NCBI GenBank assembly: GCA_934131005.1
Contig: CAKOYV010000007.1
Span: 6,689 to 70,688 of the forward strand
DNA length: 64,000 nt
Direction: 5' to 3'
From: an uncultured Bacilli bacterium
Lineage (GTDB): Bacteria > Bacillota_I > Bacilli_A > RF39 > UBA660
Shown: piece after piece, positions 26,880-36,483 of the stretch
Position numbering within the stretch: position 1 is the first letter of the stretch
Layout of the letters: each line of letters opens with the position of its first letter
Translations under genes and position numbers: made by a program
Notes under the pieces: generated by a model
Told to the model about the DNA's origin: nothing
Seen by the model: only the letters and a program-made list of their open reading frames with translations
Database searches by the model: none

Positions 26880-28154
26880 CTATTCAGAAATAACTTTATA
26901 TATAAGTTTTACCTCTTCTGGCTTTTTTTGACCAACCTTAAAGATAGGCATATTCATAACACTAGCCTTCAAGCTCTTTTTAGTATAAAGTGTCATTAAA
27001 ATATCTCCTCTTTTTACATAATCACCAATATTTTTATTAATAACAATACCAGCACCATAATCAATTTGGCTATCCATATTCTCACGACCAGCACCAAGAT
27101 GCATTGATAACTTTCCTAACTCCAAAGCATTAATATCTTGTAAATATCCATCCTTAGGACTCTTAAGTTCATACTTATTACTACTAAGAGATAAACCATC
27201 AATATCTCCACCTTGATATTTAACAAACTCTAAAAATTTCTTATATCCTAGTCCATTATCAAGCTTCTCACAAACCATACTGCGAGCTTCTTTATAACTA
27301 ATATCAAGACCTAATTTTACCATATAGCTAGCAAGTTCTATACATAGGAAACGCAATGGACCATCACTTTTTCCTTTTAAAACATCTTGGGCTTCCATAA
27401 CTTCTAGAGCATTACCAACATTATGACCAAGTGGAATATCCATATTAGTAAGTAAACATACAACCTTAATATCATTAGCCTTACCAATCTTAATCATCAA
27501 ACTAGCAAGCTTTTTAGCATCATCTAAATTCTTAATCAAAGCACCAGACCCAACTTTAACATCAATAACTAAATTATGAGCTCCACTAGCAATCTTTTTA
27601 CTCATGATAGAAGAAGCTATTAAAGCAATTGATTCAACCGTACCAGTAACATCCCTTAGAGCATATATCTTTTTATCAGCTGGTACTAAATTATTAGTTT
27701 GACTAACTATAGCCATCCCAATATCAGTTACCTCCCTAAAAAATTCATCACTATCAAGCTTAGTTCTAAAACCAGGAATAGATTCTAACTTATCAATCGT
27801 ACCACCAGTATATCCTAATCCACGACCACTCATCTTAGCAACATTAACACCACATGCTGCAACAAGAGGTGCCACTATCATTGTCGTCTTATCACCAATA
27901 CCACCCGTAGAATGCTTATCAACAACACGCCCAAACTTAGACATATCCATTCCTTCACCACTAGCAAGCATATACTTAGTAAGAGAAAATATCTCATTAT
28001 CAGTCATTCCCTTTATAACAATTGCCATAAGCAAACTACTCATTTGATAATCATAAATCTTACCATTCATATAATTTTCAATAATAAATTTAATTTCCTT
28101 ATCACTAAGAATTAATCCCATTCTTTTCTTATTTATTAACTCAACTATATCCAT
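26880..28154 (-). CDS. pdp: Pyrimidine-nucleoside (thymidine) phosphorylase
   Basis: 424 aa. VDKHSTGGIGDKTT, SGRGLGYTGGTIDKLESIPG and the C-terminal alpha/beta domain are all diagnostic of the family. Confidence 0.8.
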   Translation of the reverse strand: MDIVELINKKRMGLILSDKEIKFIIENYMNGKIYDYQMSSLLMAIVIKGMTDNEIFSLTKYMLASGEGMDMSKFGRVVDKHSTGGIGDKTTMIVAPLVAACGVNVAKMSGRGLGYTGGTIDKLESIPGFRTKLDSDEFFREVTDIGMAIVSQTNNLVPADKKIYALRDVTGTVESIALIASSIMSKKIASGAHNLVIDVKVGSGALIKNLDDAKKLASLMIKIGKANDIKVVCLLTNMDIPLGHNVGNALEVMEAQDVLKGKSDGPLRFLCIELASYMVKLGLDISYKEARSMVCEKLDNGLGYKKFLEFVKYQGGDIDGLSLSSNKYELKSPKDGYLQDINALELGKLSMHLGAGRENMDSQIDYGAGIVINKNIGDYVKRGDILMTLYTKKSLKASVMNMPIFKVGQKKPEEVKLIYKVISE

Positions 28155-28170
28155 ATATTTATCTTCCCTC

Positions 28171-28734
28171 TTATTCTTCTATTATTTCTACATACTTAGA
28201 TTTAAATAAATCCTTCTCTTCATCTATTTCACTTGTTATATCTTCTAATTTAGGTAACTCATCACGAGAAGATAGACCAAAATAATCTAAAAAATCATCT
28301 GTTGTCTTATATAAAAGAGGCCTACCAGGACTATCACTCTTACCTACATCCTTAATTAATCCTTGTGCAACTAACTTTCTTATTACATAAACAGAATCAA
28401 CCCCACGCATCTCATCAATTTGCATTCTTGTAACAGGCTCATTATAAGCAATAATAGCCAAAACCTCTAATGCAGCTTGTGATAAAACATGACTACCAGG
28501 ACTATCAATAAGTCTTGCAAAATACTTACGATGCTCCTCTTTCGTAGTAAGTTTAAAAGTATTACCTAAATATCTAAGTCTAACACCACGATTATTTTTC
28601 TCATAATCCATCTTCAAATTATATACAAGTTCCTTAGCCACCTCTTCAGATACCTCTAAAACATGACAAACATCACGAAGTGATAACCCATCATCTCCCG
28701 CAACATATAATAAACCTTCTAATACACCTTCCAT
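28171..28734 (-). CDS. scpB: Segregation and condensation protein B
   Basis: 187 aa. EGLLYVAGDDGLSL, winged-helix repeats (AALEVLAIIAYNEPVTRMQIDEMRGV), acidic C-terminus. Directly downstream of scpA. Confidence 0.8.
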   Translation of the reverse strand: MEGVLEGLLYVAGDDGLSLRDVCHVLEVSEEVAKELVYNLKMDYEKNNRGVRLRYLGNTFKLTTKEEHRKYFARLIDSPGSHVLSQAALEVLAIIAYNEPVTRMQIDEMRGVDSVYVIRKLVAQGLIKDVGKSDSPGRPLLYKTTDDFLDYFGLSSRDELPKLEDITSEIDEEKDLFKSKYVEIIEE

Positions 28735-28750
28735 AACATCACATCCATCT

Positions 28751-29479
28751 CTACTCTGAAATAAGCTCTACATATATATTAGCAAAATTACCTGCCTGAA
28801 GAATAGTAATATCACCCTCACGAGCAAGCTCTAAAATTGACATAAACGTAACAACAATATAACTTCTACTATATATAGAAAACAAATCTCTAAACTCAGC
28901 CTTTTTATTTATACGAAGATAATTCCTAATATCACTCTTACGCTTCTTAACACTATATTCCTTATTAGTAATCTTAGTGTTAAGTGGCTTCTCCTTATCC
29001 TTTCTTTCTAAGAACTTATAAAAAGCACTAACCAAATCATCAATCGAAATATCCGTATCATTAACAAGCTTCCTATCAGCAATATCCTCTATCTTAGACG
29101 GTGCTTTCGTATAAATCTTCTTACGATCTAACTCCATTTTCTTAAAATTATGCGAAACACTCTTATATTTTTCATATTCAACAAGCCTATTAATTAAATT
29201 ATCACGACTAACTTCTTCTTCCTCATCGCAAGATACCAAAACCTGTTTCTGAGGCAATAAAGAATTAGACTTAATCAACATAAGCTCACTAGCCATAACC
29301 AAATACTCAGATGCAACAACTATATCCATAGCCTCCATCTGATGTATATAATCCAAATATTGCTTAGTAATAACATCAATTGAAATATCATAAATATCAA
29401 TATTAGCTTCCTTAATTAAATGTAACAATAAATCTAGTGGCCCCTCAAATTCATCAATCTTTATCTTATATTGCATCAA
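28751..29479 (-). CDS. scpA: Segregation and condensation protein A (kleisin)
   Basis: 242 aa. KIDEFEGPLDLLLHLI start is typical ScpA. Conserved order scpA-scpB. Confidence 0.8.
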   Translation of the reverse strand: MMQYKIKIDEFEGPLDLLLHLIKEANIDIYDISIDVITKQYLDYIHQMEAMDIVVASEYLVMASELMLIKSNSLLPQKQVLVSCDEEEEVSRDNLINRLVEYEKYKSVSHNFKKMELDRKKIYTKAPSKIEDIADRKLVNDTDISIDDLVSAFYKFLERKDKEKPLNTKITNKEYSVKKRKSDIRNYLRINKKAEFRDLFSIYSRSYIVVTFMSILELAREGDITILQAGNFANIYVELISE

Positions 29480-29678
29480 AAAACACTCCCATACTTATAA
29501 AAGTATACCATAATAAAAAAAGAAAAAAAAGTCTTTTTTTACCTAAAAATCAATTCTAAATATAACTTTAAAAATAAAATCTAAATCACACCCAAATTTA
29601 TCTTTTTTAATATATCAATCGATAAATCATATCCCAACAAAAAAAGATAAACAGCCGACCTAACCATCTATCTTCCAA

Positions 29679-30992
29679 TTATTTTATTAAAGTTATTCTA
29701 GCATAACCATTCCCCTTTTTAGCATACCCACTAATTGCATCATCAGATACATTAGTGGTAGATATAGTTTTAGTATCCTCCGCAGCAGATTCAAGGCAAT
29801 TATAGCAATACATAACTTTATTAGTTAAAAGTGAATTCCCTATATAACCAGAACCACCGCCTCCGCCACCTGCTAAATCAGAAGAACCGCCTCCATAAAA
29901 ACCAATTCCACCTTGCCCGCCACCATCACCGCCACTAGTTTTCCCGCCTACTCCAAACATACCATTTTTAATAGAAACAGTGCTACTTCGAGAATCTATA
30001 GCCGTAGATTGGCCACCACTTACTTGGCTTCCACCCATAGCAGTAGGAATAATAGATTGCCAATCAACTATATCATTTTTTAAAAAACCTTGAGCCCCAG
30101 AATTTCCAATATAACCACCACCTGAACCACCAATTCCATCATACCATTCAGAACCACCACCACCACCTGATACAATTAATATTTTTGATAAATCATTTTC
30201 AAAATTATTCAAAGTATCTGATTCAGTAGTTATATATGTGGCACCTCCGCCACCCGGTGCTGTACCCCCTCCATGATCATTTTCTGAAAATCTTCCAACA
30301 TTTACAAAAATATTCCCATATTCCAATGATACATTACCATTGGAATAACCACCTACTCCACCTTCTATTTTATTATTATCCCAACCTCCACCTTGTGCAC
30401 CCCAAGTTTCTAATTTATAATCACCACTTACTGGTACAACAAAATCTTGCTCTCTACCTACATAATCAAAATCGATTGTTTCAATACTAACATTTTCATT
30501 ACTAGAAACTTCTTCACTACCTATAGTTGATGATTGTTCACTAGTCGCATAAATATATCCTGAAAAACTTTTATTATCAAACTGACCATTAGATATTTCT
30601 GAATCTATCCATAAATAAACTTGATAGCTTTTAGGATTACTAGTTAAAGGAACTACTGCTAATAAACTATCTCCTTTAGTTGTAATAGTTCCATTATATT
30701 CAATTTTATCTTCCGTTATTAATTTATATTTCAAAGCTTTAATACTCTCTATAAGTGCTGTTATACTATCATTAACATGCAAATAAATATTCACATAACT
30801 ATAAATCTTACAATCCTCACTTTGAGATAAAGTAATCGTACTCTTAGCCCCTTCTAAATAATTAGTTGTACTACTAAGATTACTAGCATTTATCTCTTCT
30901 CCCTGATAATTTATTCCATTACACTTAGCACTTCCAGCAACAGAAGTATTTTTTTTCATCTCTAAATATGCATAAGTTCCACTAGTTACCAA
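29679..30992 (-). CDS. Glycine-rich secreted paralog 1 (body ORF); its signal-peptide leader is out of frame because of a poly-G(9) tract
   Basis: Body starts ...VTSGTYAYLEMKKNTSV, i.e. the TasA-type SGTYAYL cleavage-region motif without its n- and h-regions. The upstream ATG (31095-31093, minus) encodes MKNNYKLKVNSGGG and stops. The 9-G tract (plus-strand C's 31055-31063) sits between them. Confidence 0.6.
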   Translation of the reverse strand: MVTSGTYAYLEMKKNTSVAGSAKCNGINYQGEEINASNLSSTTNYLEGAKSTITLSQSEDCKIYSYVNIYLHVNDSITALIESIKALKYKLITEDKIEYNGTITTKGDSLLAVVPLTSNPKSYQVYLWIDSEISNGQFDNKSFSGYIYATSEQSSTIGSEEVSSNENVSIETIDFDYVGREQDFVVPVSGDYKLETWGAQGGGWDNNKIEGGVGGYSNGNVSLEYGNIFVNVGRFSENDHGGGTAPGGGGATYITTESDTLNNFENDLSKILIVSGGGGGSEWYDGIGGSGGGYIGNSGAQGFLKNDIVDWQSIIPTAMGGSQVSGGQSTAIDSRSSTVSIKNGMFGVGGKTSGGDGGGQGGIGFYGGGSSDLAGGGGGGSGYIGNSLLTNKVMYCYNCLESAAEDTKTISTTNVSDDAISGYAKKGNGYARITLIK

Positions 30993-31054
30993 AACTGCAT
31001 AGCAAAATATTCCTGCAATTATTAAGCCAATTCTCTTTAATTTAAGACTTTTGA

Positions 31055-31063
31055 CCCCCCCCC
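31055..31063 (-). repeat. Poly-G(9) (plus-strand poly-C) homopolymer in the leader of paralog 1: candidate slipped-strand phase-variation switch
   Basis: With 8 (or 11) G the upstream ATG joins the body in frame: MKNNYKLKVNSGGVKSLKLKRIGLIIAGIFCYAVLVTSGTYAYLE.. (n-region, h-region, SipW-type motif). With 9 G translation terminates after 17 codons. Confidence 0.65.
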
Positions 31064-31187
31064 GAATTAACTTTTAGTTTATAATTATTTTTCATAAATA
31101 TACCTCTTATCTTTATCATATCTATTTATCATTTTACCAAAAAATAATAAAAAAATAAACAAGAAATATAAAATTTCCCATTTATTG

Positions 31188-32555
31188 TTATTTTATTAAT
31201 GTGATTCTAGCATAACCATTACCCTTTTTAGCATACCCACTAATTGCATCATCAGATACATTAGTCGTAGATATTGTTTTAGTACTAACATCACTTGATT
31301 CTACGCACTCATAACAATACATAGATTTATTGGTTAAAAGTGAATTGCCTATGTAACCCGAACCTCCACCAGCACAATTAGTCCATGATGTTTCACCACT
31401 TCCCATAGAACCACCATAATATCCACCTCCACCACCAGATTTACCATCAGTTGGCGAATCAGAAACACCATCTTCTCCTTGACCAAATTTATAGCCAAGT
31501 TGCTGAGTACCACCTATACCGGCTTTTCCTGGGTAAGATTGGCTACCTATTGCACCGCTATTTCCTTGGAATCCACCACCGGCACCTCCTAAACAATAAC
31601 CACCACCAGGAACATGAGCAGATGTCCCGCCTCCTCCACCGGCAACGATTAAGATTTTATTTTTTGAGTTTTCTAGAGATGACAAAGTTCCAGAAATAAT
31701 TGAAATATCAGTGGCACCTCCACCATTAGCATAATAAATTCCAGAACCTCCACCATTATAACCCCTTGGAATAACAGTAGAATAATCCATATTTGTATCA
31801 ATAAAAGTATCTCCTCCTCCTCCAATATTCAAATAAAGTTTTTCAAATTCATTTAAATTGACATAGCCAATTGAATAAGCACCATAGCCTCCATCTCTAA
31901 TGTAATAAGTATTACCACCCGTTTCAGTATTTTTATTAACACCGCTTCCACCTTGTGCTCCCCAAGTTTCTAGCTTATACTTCCCACTTACAGGTGTCAT
32001 AAACTCTTGCTCTCTACCTACATAATCAAAATCAATCGTTTCAATACTAACATTTTCATTATTGGAAATTTCCCCACCATCTATAGTAGATGATTGTTCA
32101 CTAGTCGCATAAATATATCCTGAAAAACTTTTATTATCAAACTGACCATTAGAAATTTCTGAATCTATCCATAAATAAACTTGATAGCTTTTAGGATTAC
32201 TAGTTAAAGGAACTACTGCTAATAAACTATCTCCTTTAGTTGTAATAGTTCCATTATATTCAATTTTATCTTCCGTTATTAATTTATATTTCAAAGCTTT
32301 AATACTCTCCATAGGAGCTGTTATATTATCATTAGTATGCAAATAAATATTCACATAACTATAAATCTTACAATCCTCACTTTGAGATAAAGTAATCGTG
32401 CTCTTAGCCCCTTCTAAATAATTAGTCGTACTACTAAGATTACTAGCATTTATCTCTTGCCCCTGATAATTTATTCCATTACATTTAGCACTTCCAGCAA
32501 CTGAAGTATTCTTTTTCATCTCTAAATATGCATAAGTACCACTAGTTACTAACAA
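31188..32555 (-). CDS. Glycine-rich secreted paralog 2 (body ORF); leader out of frame via poly-G(9) at 32615-32623
   Basis: N-terminal 185 aa and C-terminal ~45 aa nearly identical to paralogs 1 and 3, with a different Gly-rich core. Upstream ATG 32655-32653 encodes MRNDYKLKVNSGGG then stops. With 8 G it reads ...GVKSLKLKRIGLIIVGIFCYALLVTSGTYAYLE. Confidence 0.6.
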   Translation of the reverse strand: MLVTSGTYAYLEMKKNTSVAGSAKCNGINYQGQEINASNLSSTTNYLEGAKSTITLSQSEDCKIYSYVNIYLHTNDNITAPMESIKALKYKLITEDKIEYNGTITTKGDSLLAVVPLTSNPKSYQVYLWIDSEISNGQFDNKSFSGYIYATSEQSSTIDGGEISNNENVSIETIDFDYVGREQEFMTPVSGKYKLETWGAQGGSGVNKNTETGGNTYYIRDGGYGAYSIGYVNLNEFEKLYLNIGGGGDTFIDTNMDYSTVIPRGYNGGGSGIYYANGGGATDISIISGTLSSLENSKNKILIVAGGGGGTSAHVPGGGYCLGGAGGGFQGNSGAIGSQSYPGKAGIGGTQQLGYKFGQGEDGVSDSPTDGKSGGGGGYYGGSMGSGETSWTNCAGGGSGYIGNSLLTNKSMYCYECVESSDVSTKTISTTNVSDDAISGYAKKGNGYARITLIK

Positions 32556-32614
32556 TGCATAACAAAATATTCCTACAATTATTAAGCCAATTCTCTTTAA
32601 TTTAAGACTCTTGA

Positions 32615-32623
32615 CCCCCCCCC
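32615..32623 (-). repeat. Poly-G(9) tract in the leader of paralog 2
   Basis: Same TTGACCCCCCCCCGAATTAACTTTTAGTTTATAAT context on the plus strand as at 31051 and 34168. Confidence 0.65.
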
Positions 32624-32741
32624 GAATTAACTTTTAGTTTATAATCATTTCTCATAAATATACCTCTTATCTTTATCATATCTACCTACTATTTTACCAA
32701 AAAGCAAGAAAAAAATAAACAAGAAATATCAATTTTCCTAT

Positions 32742-34112
32742 TTATTTTATCAATGTAATTCTAGCATAACCGTTTCCCTCTTTAGCATATTCCCTAATTG
32801 CATCTTCAGATACATTAGTGGTAGATATAGTTTTAGTACTCTCATCAGCAGATTCTTCACAATTATAACAATACATAGACTTATTAGTTAAAAGTGAATT
32901 TCCTATATATGAAGAACCACCTGCACCAGAGCCTCCCCAGGAAGCACCGCCACCATAAAGTCCGCCTCCGCCTCCTCCAGAAACATTAGCAGAACCATTA
33001 ATAGTTGTGCCTCCACCTACACCAAAAATTCCATTTAACCATTTAGTTGCTAAATTACCATCTAAATTCCCTCCACCTGTACCACCAGACGTTTGAGTTC
33101 CACCAGTAGGATTTACATTAGCAAAATTTCTAACAGTTGAACTACCAACTATTCCACCACCTGAACCAGCATTGTCTTGAACATAACTCCACCAAGTGCA
33201 AGTACCACCTCCACCTGATGATAATATTAATATTTCATTTTTTAATAAATTATTCACAGTCTGTTTTGCAATTGAAATATGTGTTGAACCACCACCTGAA
33301 GAATAAGTTATATTATTTGCATCATCTCCACTACTACGAATAGCACCTCCATTTGGATAACCATAGGCAATTCCTTTATCTTTACCATTATTTAAATTCT
33401 GCCCTTTTCCTCCAACATAAACATACTCAGTCATATTTTTAGTTAAAGAAATAGTTCCAACAGCATATGCTCCATAACCGCCATGATATTCACTAGAATC
33501 ACTAGCACCTTGTGCACCCCAAGTTTCTAATTTATAATCATCGTTTACTGGTACAATAAATTCTTGCTCTCTACCTACATAATCAAAATCAATCGTTTCA
33601 ATACTAACATTTTCATTATTAGAAATTTCTTCACTACCTATAGTAGATGATTGTTCACTAGTTGCATAAATGTATCCTGAAAAACTTTTATTATCATACT
33701 GACCACTAGAAATTTCTGAATCTATCCATAAATAAACTTGATAGCTTTTAGGATTACTAGTTAAAGGAACTACTGCTAATAAACTATCTCCTTTAGTTGT
33801 AATAGTTCCATTATATTCAATTTTATCTTCCGTTATTAATTTATATTTCAAAGCTTTAATACTCTCTATAAGTGCTGTTATACTATCATTAACATGCAAA
33901 TAAATATTCACATAACTATAAATCTTACAATCCTCACTTTGAGATAAAGTAATCGTACTCTTAGCCCCTTCTAAATAATTAGTTGTACTACTAAGATTAC
34001 TAGCATTTATCTCTTCTCCCTGATAATTTATTCCGTTACATTTAGCACTTCCTGCAACTGAAGTATTCTTTTTCATCTCTAAATATGCATATGTTCCACT
34101 AGTTACTAACAA
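32742..34112 (-). CDS. Glycine-rich secreted paralog 3 (body ORF); leader out of frame via poly-G(9) at 34172-34180
   Basis: Upstream ATG 34212-34210 encodes MKNNYKLKVNSGGG then stops. With 8 G it reads ...GVKNIKLRRVNLIIVGIFCYALLVTSGTYAYLE. Conserved N- and C-terminal domains with a distinct Gly-rich middle. Confidence 0.6.
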   Translation of the reverse strand: MLVTSGTYAYLEMKKNTSVAGSAKCNGINYQGEEINASNLSSTTNYLEGAKSTITLSQSEDCKIYSYVNIYLHVNDSITALIESIKALKYKLITEDKIEYNGTITTKGDSLLAVVPLTSNPKSYQVYLWIDSEISSGQYDNKSFSGYIYATSEQSSTIGSEEISNNENVSIETIDFDYVGREQEFIVPVNDDYKLETWGAQGASDSSEYHGGYGAYAVGTISLTKNMTEYVYVGGKGQNLNNGKDKGIAYGYPNGGAIRSSGDDANNITYSSGGGSTHISIAKQTVNNLLKNEILILSSGGGGTCTWWSYVQDNAGSGGGIVGSSTVRNFANVNPTGGTQTSGGTGGGNLDGNLATKWLNGIFGVGGGTTINGSANVSGGGGGGLYGGGASWGGSGAGGSSYIGNSLLTNKSMYCYNCEESADESTKTISTTNVSEDAIREYAKEGNGYARITLIK

Positions 34113-34171
34113 TGCATAACAAAATATTCCTACAATTATTAAATTTACTCTCCTTAATTTAATATTTTTGA

Positions 34172-34180
34172 CCCCCCCCC
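34172..34180 (-). repeat. Poly-G(9) tract in the leader of paralog 3
   Basis: Nine consecutive C on the plus strand, counted directly in the sequence. Confidence 0.65.
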
Positions 34181-34464
34181 GAATTAACTTTTAGTTTATA
34201 ATTGTTTTTCATATCACACCTCTTACCTTCACGTTAGCTTAACATAATAATAACATATTTTGCCAAAAAGAAAAAGAGAAAGATAACTCCAATTAAAGCA
34301 TAGCAAAAGAGAGCTGAATTTTAGCTCTCTCACAAAGTTCGTTTATCATTAGTTTTTGGCCTCACCAACCCCACTTAACAAAGGGCCAAAAATAAGACCC
34401 CACTTCATAGATAGAAGTAGAGTCTAAATAACTAAATACATATTGTATTCAGATTAATCTCAAA

Positions 34465-34541
34465 TGGTGTCCCCGAGGTGATTCGAACACCTGACCGATC
34501 GCTTAGAAGGCGATTGCTCTATCCAGCTGAGCTACGGAGAC
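34465..34541 (-). tRNA. tRNA-Arg (anticodon TCT)
   Basis: Minus-strand sequence GTCTCCGTAGCTCAGCTGGATAGAGCAATCGCCTTCTAAGCGATCGGTCAGGTGTTCGAATCACCTCGGGGACACCA. 7-bp acceptor stem, D-loop AGCTGGATA, anticodon loop CTTCTAA, T-loop TTCGAAT, encoded CCA. Confidence 0.85.
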
Positions 34542-34584
34542 ATTGCTCACACAAGATAGACTAATTATACAACTATTAAAAAAA

Positions 34585-35559
34585 TTATTCAAGTGTTTTT
34601 AATGATTTTTTTAAAATTTCTTTATTATCGACCATAAAATCCACTTCTTTAACCTTATAATTATCCATTGCCGACAAACTAACAGTATATATAACCTCTT
34701 CTAAAATTTTATTTCCAGAATTAGCATCCAAAATAGAATCATTAAAATTAAGTTTTAAAACATCACCTTCTAAAGTATAATCAATCAAAGAAGTATCTGA
34801 ACTTAAATAACTAATTAAATTAGTTTCATATATAGGTGAAGATGATAATTCATTAATAATTACCTTAACTTTATCACTATTAGTATCATCATTAACATAT
34901 TTTGTTACTGGAACATAATATTTACTATCATTATAATTACTAACATAATAAACAGTATAAGATTCTATTCCATTAGTACTAACTAAATCATAACTCTTAT
35001 TAATACCATAACTTTTATCCAAAACACTAGGAATACTTTTATGACTATTAGGCAAATTAGTTAAATTATCTCCCTCTACTTTAATAGAAACACCTGAAAT
35101 ACCATCAATGCTAGTAAGGGTATAAACTATCGCTTCTATCATTTTCTCTTCATATTTTTCATTTATATCCAATAATTCGCGTGAAAAATTAATTGTCACA
35201 ACACCATTATTCAAATCTAGATTTAAAATATGCGTACCTGCTGGTATTACTGAACGAAACCCATTAGGAATTGTATTACTATGACTACCATCAATAATCA
35301 AGCCTTCCAAAACATCTTTAATCTCTTCTTCCTTATTACAATCACAACCTCTTATAGTAGTCCTAGCAACATAATCATTAGAATCCAATAAATATATAAC
35401 CTCCGCCTTATTACTATAAACATATTCCACATTATCATAAGAAAGCTCATGTCTAGCATCCTCACTATCCGGAGTTAAATATAAAAGCAGTAAAGCAAAT
35501 AATGCTAAAGATGCAACCATTATCTTTTTTAAATATATTCTCTTTAACACTTCCATCAC
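34585..35559 (-). CDS. gerM: GerMN-domain sporulation/germination protein
   Basis: 324 aa. N-terminal signal/anchor, then two GerMN-like repeats (..TIRGCDCNKEEEIKDVLEGLIIDGS.. ; ..LISYLSSDTSLIDYTLEGDVLKLNFNDS..). Confidence 0.6.
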   Translation of the reverse strand: MMEVLKRIYLKKIMVASLALFALLLLYLTPDSEDARHELSYDNVEYVYSNKAEVIYLLDSNDYVARTTIRGCDCNKEEEIKDVLEGLIIDGSHSNTIPNGFRSVIPAGTHILNLDLNNGVVTINFSRELLDINEKYEEKMIEAIVYTLTSIDGISGVSIKVEGDNLTNLPNSHKSIPSVLDKSYGINKSYDLVSTNGIESYTVYYVSNYNDSKYYVPVTKYVNDDTNSDKVKVIINELSSSPIYETNLISYLSSDTSLIDYTLEGDVLKLNFNDSILDANSGNKILEEVIYTVSLSAMDNYKVKEVDFMVDNKEILKKSLKTLE

Positions 35560-35681
35560 CTAATTAAATTTATGACAATATTCCAAAACAAATGATAAAT
35601 TTTAAAAGTAATTTCTATGTTTTCTAAATATCTACTAATAATTTAAAAAAAAGAAATCACACCTAAAGAAAATATACCTAG

Positions 35682-36362
35682 CTATAAAACTATACTCTCT
35701 ATATCCATATCACAACAAGATATAATTTTTTTATTATCAAATAATAAATACTCTAAATTACCAATCAAACTTATACTACCATTATTTATAAAAATAGTAT
35801 CCTCCTCTGGTAAGTAAATTAATTTATGATATCTAGAATAATTCAAAAGATATTTCTTATTTTTGGCTAAATTTCTATCACTCAAGTGGCATAGTAAAGA
35901 ATAATTACCAAGTACTCCAAACCCACTAGTATTCTTAATATTTACAATATTTTTATCATCCAAAAGACAACTATCTATATCTAAACCAAAAACAATTGCC
36001 CCAGCACTACTAGCAAACACAACACCATCATTATCTAAATACTTAAAAATTTTACTATAATTATCATAAGAATAAAGTTCACTTAATAATTTATAAGTAT
36101 TACCACCGCCAATAAATAAAGCACTATAATTGTCTAATTCTTTCTCTGATAGTTCCAAGGCAGAATAAACCATCTCATATTCTATCCCTCCTAAATATTT
36201 AACTTCCTCACTAAACCACTCATAACAAGCATCATACTTACTATCATCCATAGCCAGTGGTACATATAATATCGGCTTTCTTTTATCAATATTTGCTAAA
36301 AATTCAAAATAAGCATCCTCTACTTGCTTACCACTTCCACCACCACAAAGAAATAATTTCAT
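35682..36362 (-). CDS. Peptidase S51 (dipeptidase E / cyanophycinase-like) family protein
   Basis: MKLFLCGGGSG..., FIGGGNTYKLL, ASSAGAIVFG; the Ser-His-Glu triad architecture is typical of the S51 family. Confidence 0.55.
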   Translation of the reverse strand: MKLFLCGGGSGKQVEDAYFEFLANIDKRKPILYVPLAMDDSKYDACYEWFSEEVKYLGGIEYEMVYSALELSEKELDNYSALFIGGGNTYKLLSELYSYDNYSKIFKYLDNDGVVFASSAGAIVFGLDIDSCLLDDKNIVNIKNTSGFGVLGNYSLLCHLSDRNLAKNKKYLLNYSRYHKLIYLPEEDTIFINNGSISLIGNLEYLLFDNKKIISCCDMDIESIVL

Positions 36363-36483
36363 TAAATCGCCTCATTTCTAAATTACTAATTAAATTCATA
36401 AAAAGTATAACACAAAAATTTAATTTTGTAATTTTCAAAGAAGTTTTAAATAAGTCCGAGAAAAAGACACAATTAAATGTGCC

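Noticed and set aside
31040-31100. Programmed ribosomal frameshifting at the poly-G tract as an alternative to phase variation
   Set aside because: There is no downstream pseudoknot or stem-loop and no classic slippery heptamer. An identical homopolymer sits at the same position in three paralogs, which is much more typical of slipped-strand mispairing. A sequencing homopolymer error remains possible and is noted in the finding.
29679-34112. Collagen-like or BclA-like exosporium protein interpretation of the Gly-rich paralogs
   Set aside because: No G-X-Y triplet periodicity. Glycines occur as GGxGG/GGGG runs mixed with aromatic residues, so the cores are not collagen repeats.
12989-35600. 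Prophage or phage-tail origin for the giant beta-helix protein and the Gly-rich paralogs (tail-fibre-like features)
   Set aside because: No capsid, portal, terminase, tape-measure, holin or integrase genes are in the vicinity. The proteins carry secretion signals, so this is more consistent with a cell-surface island.
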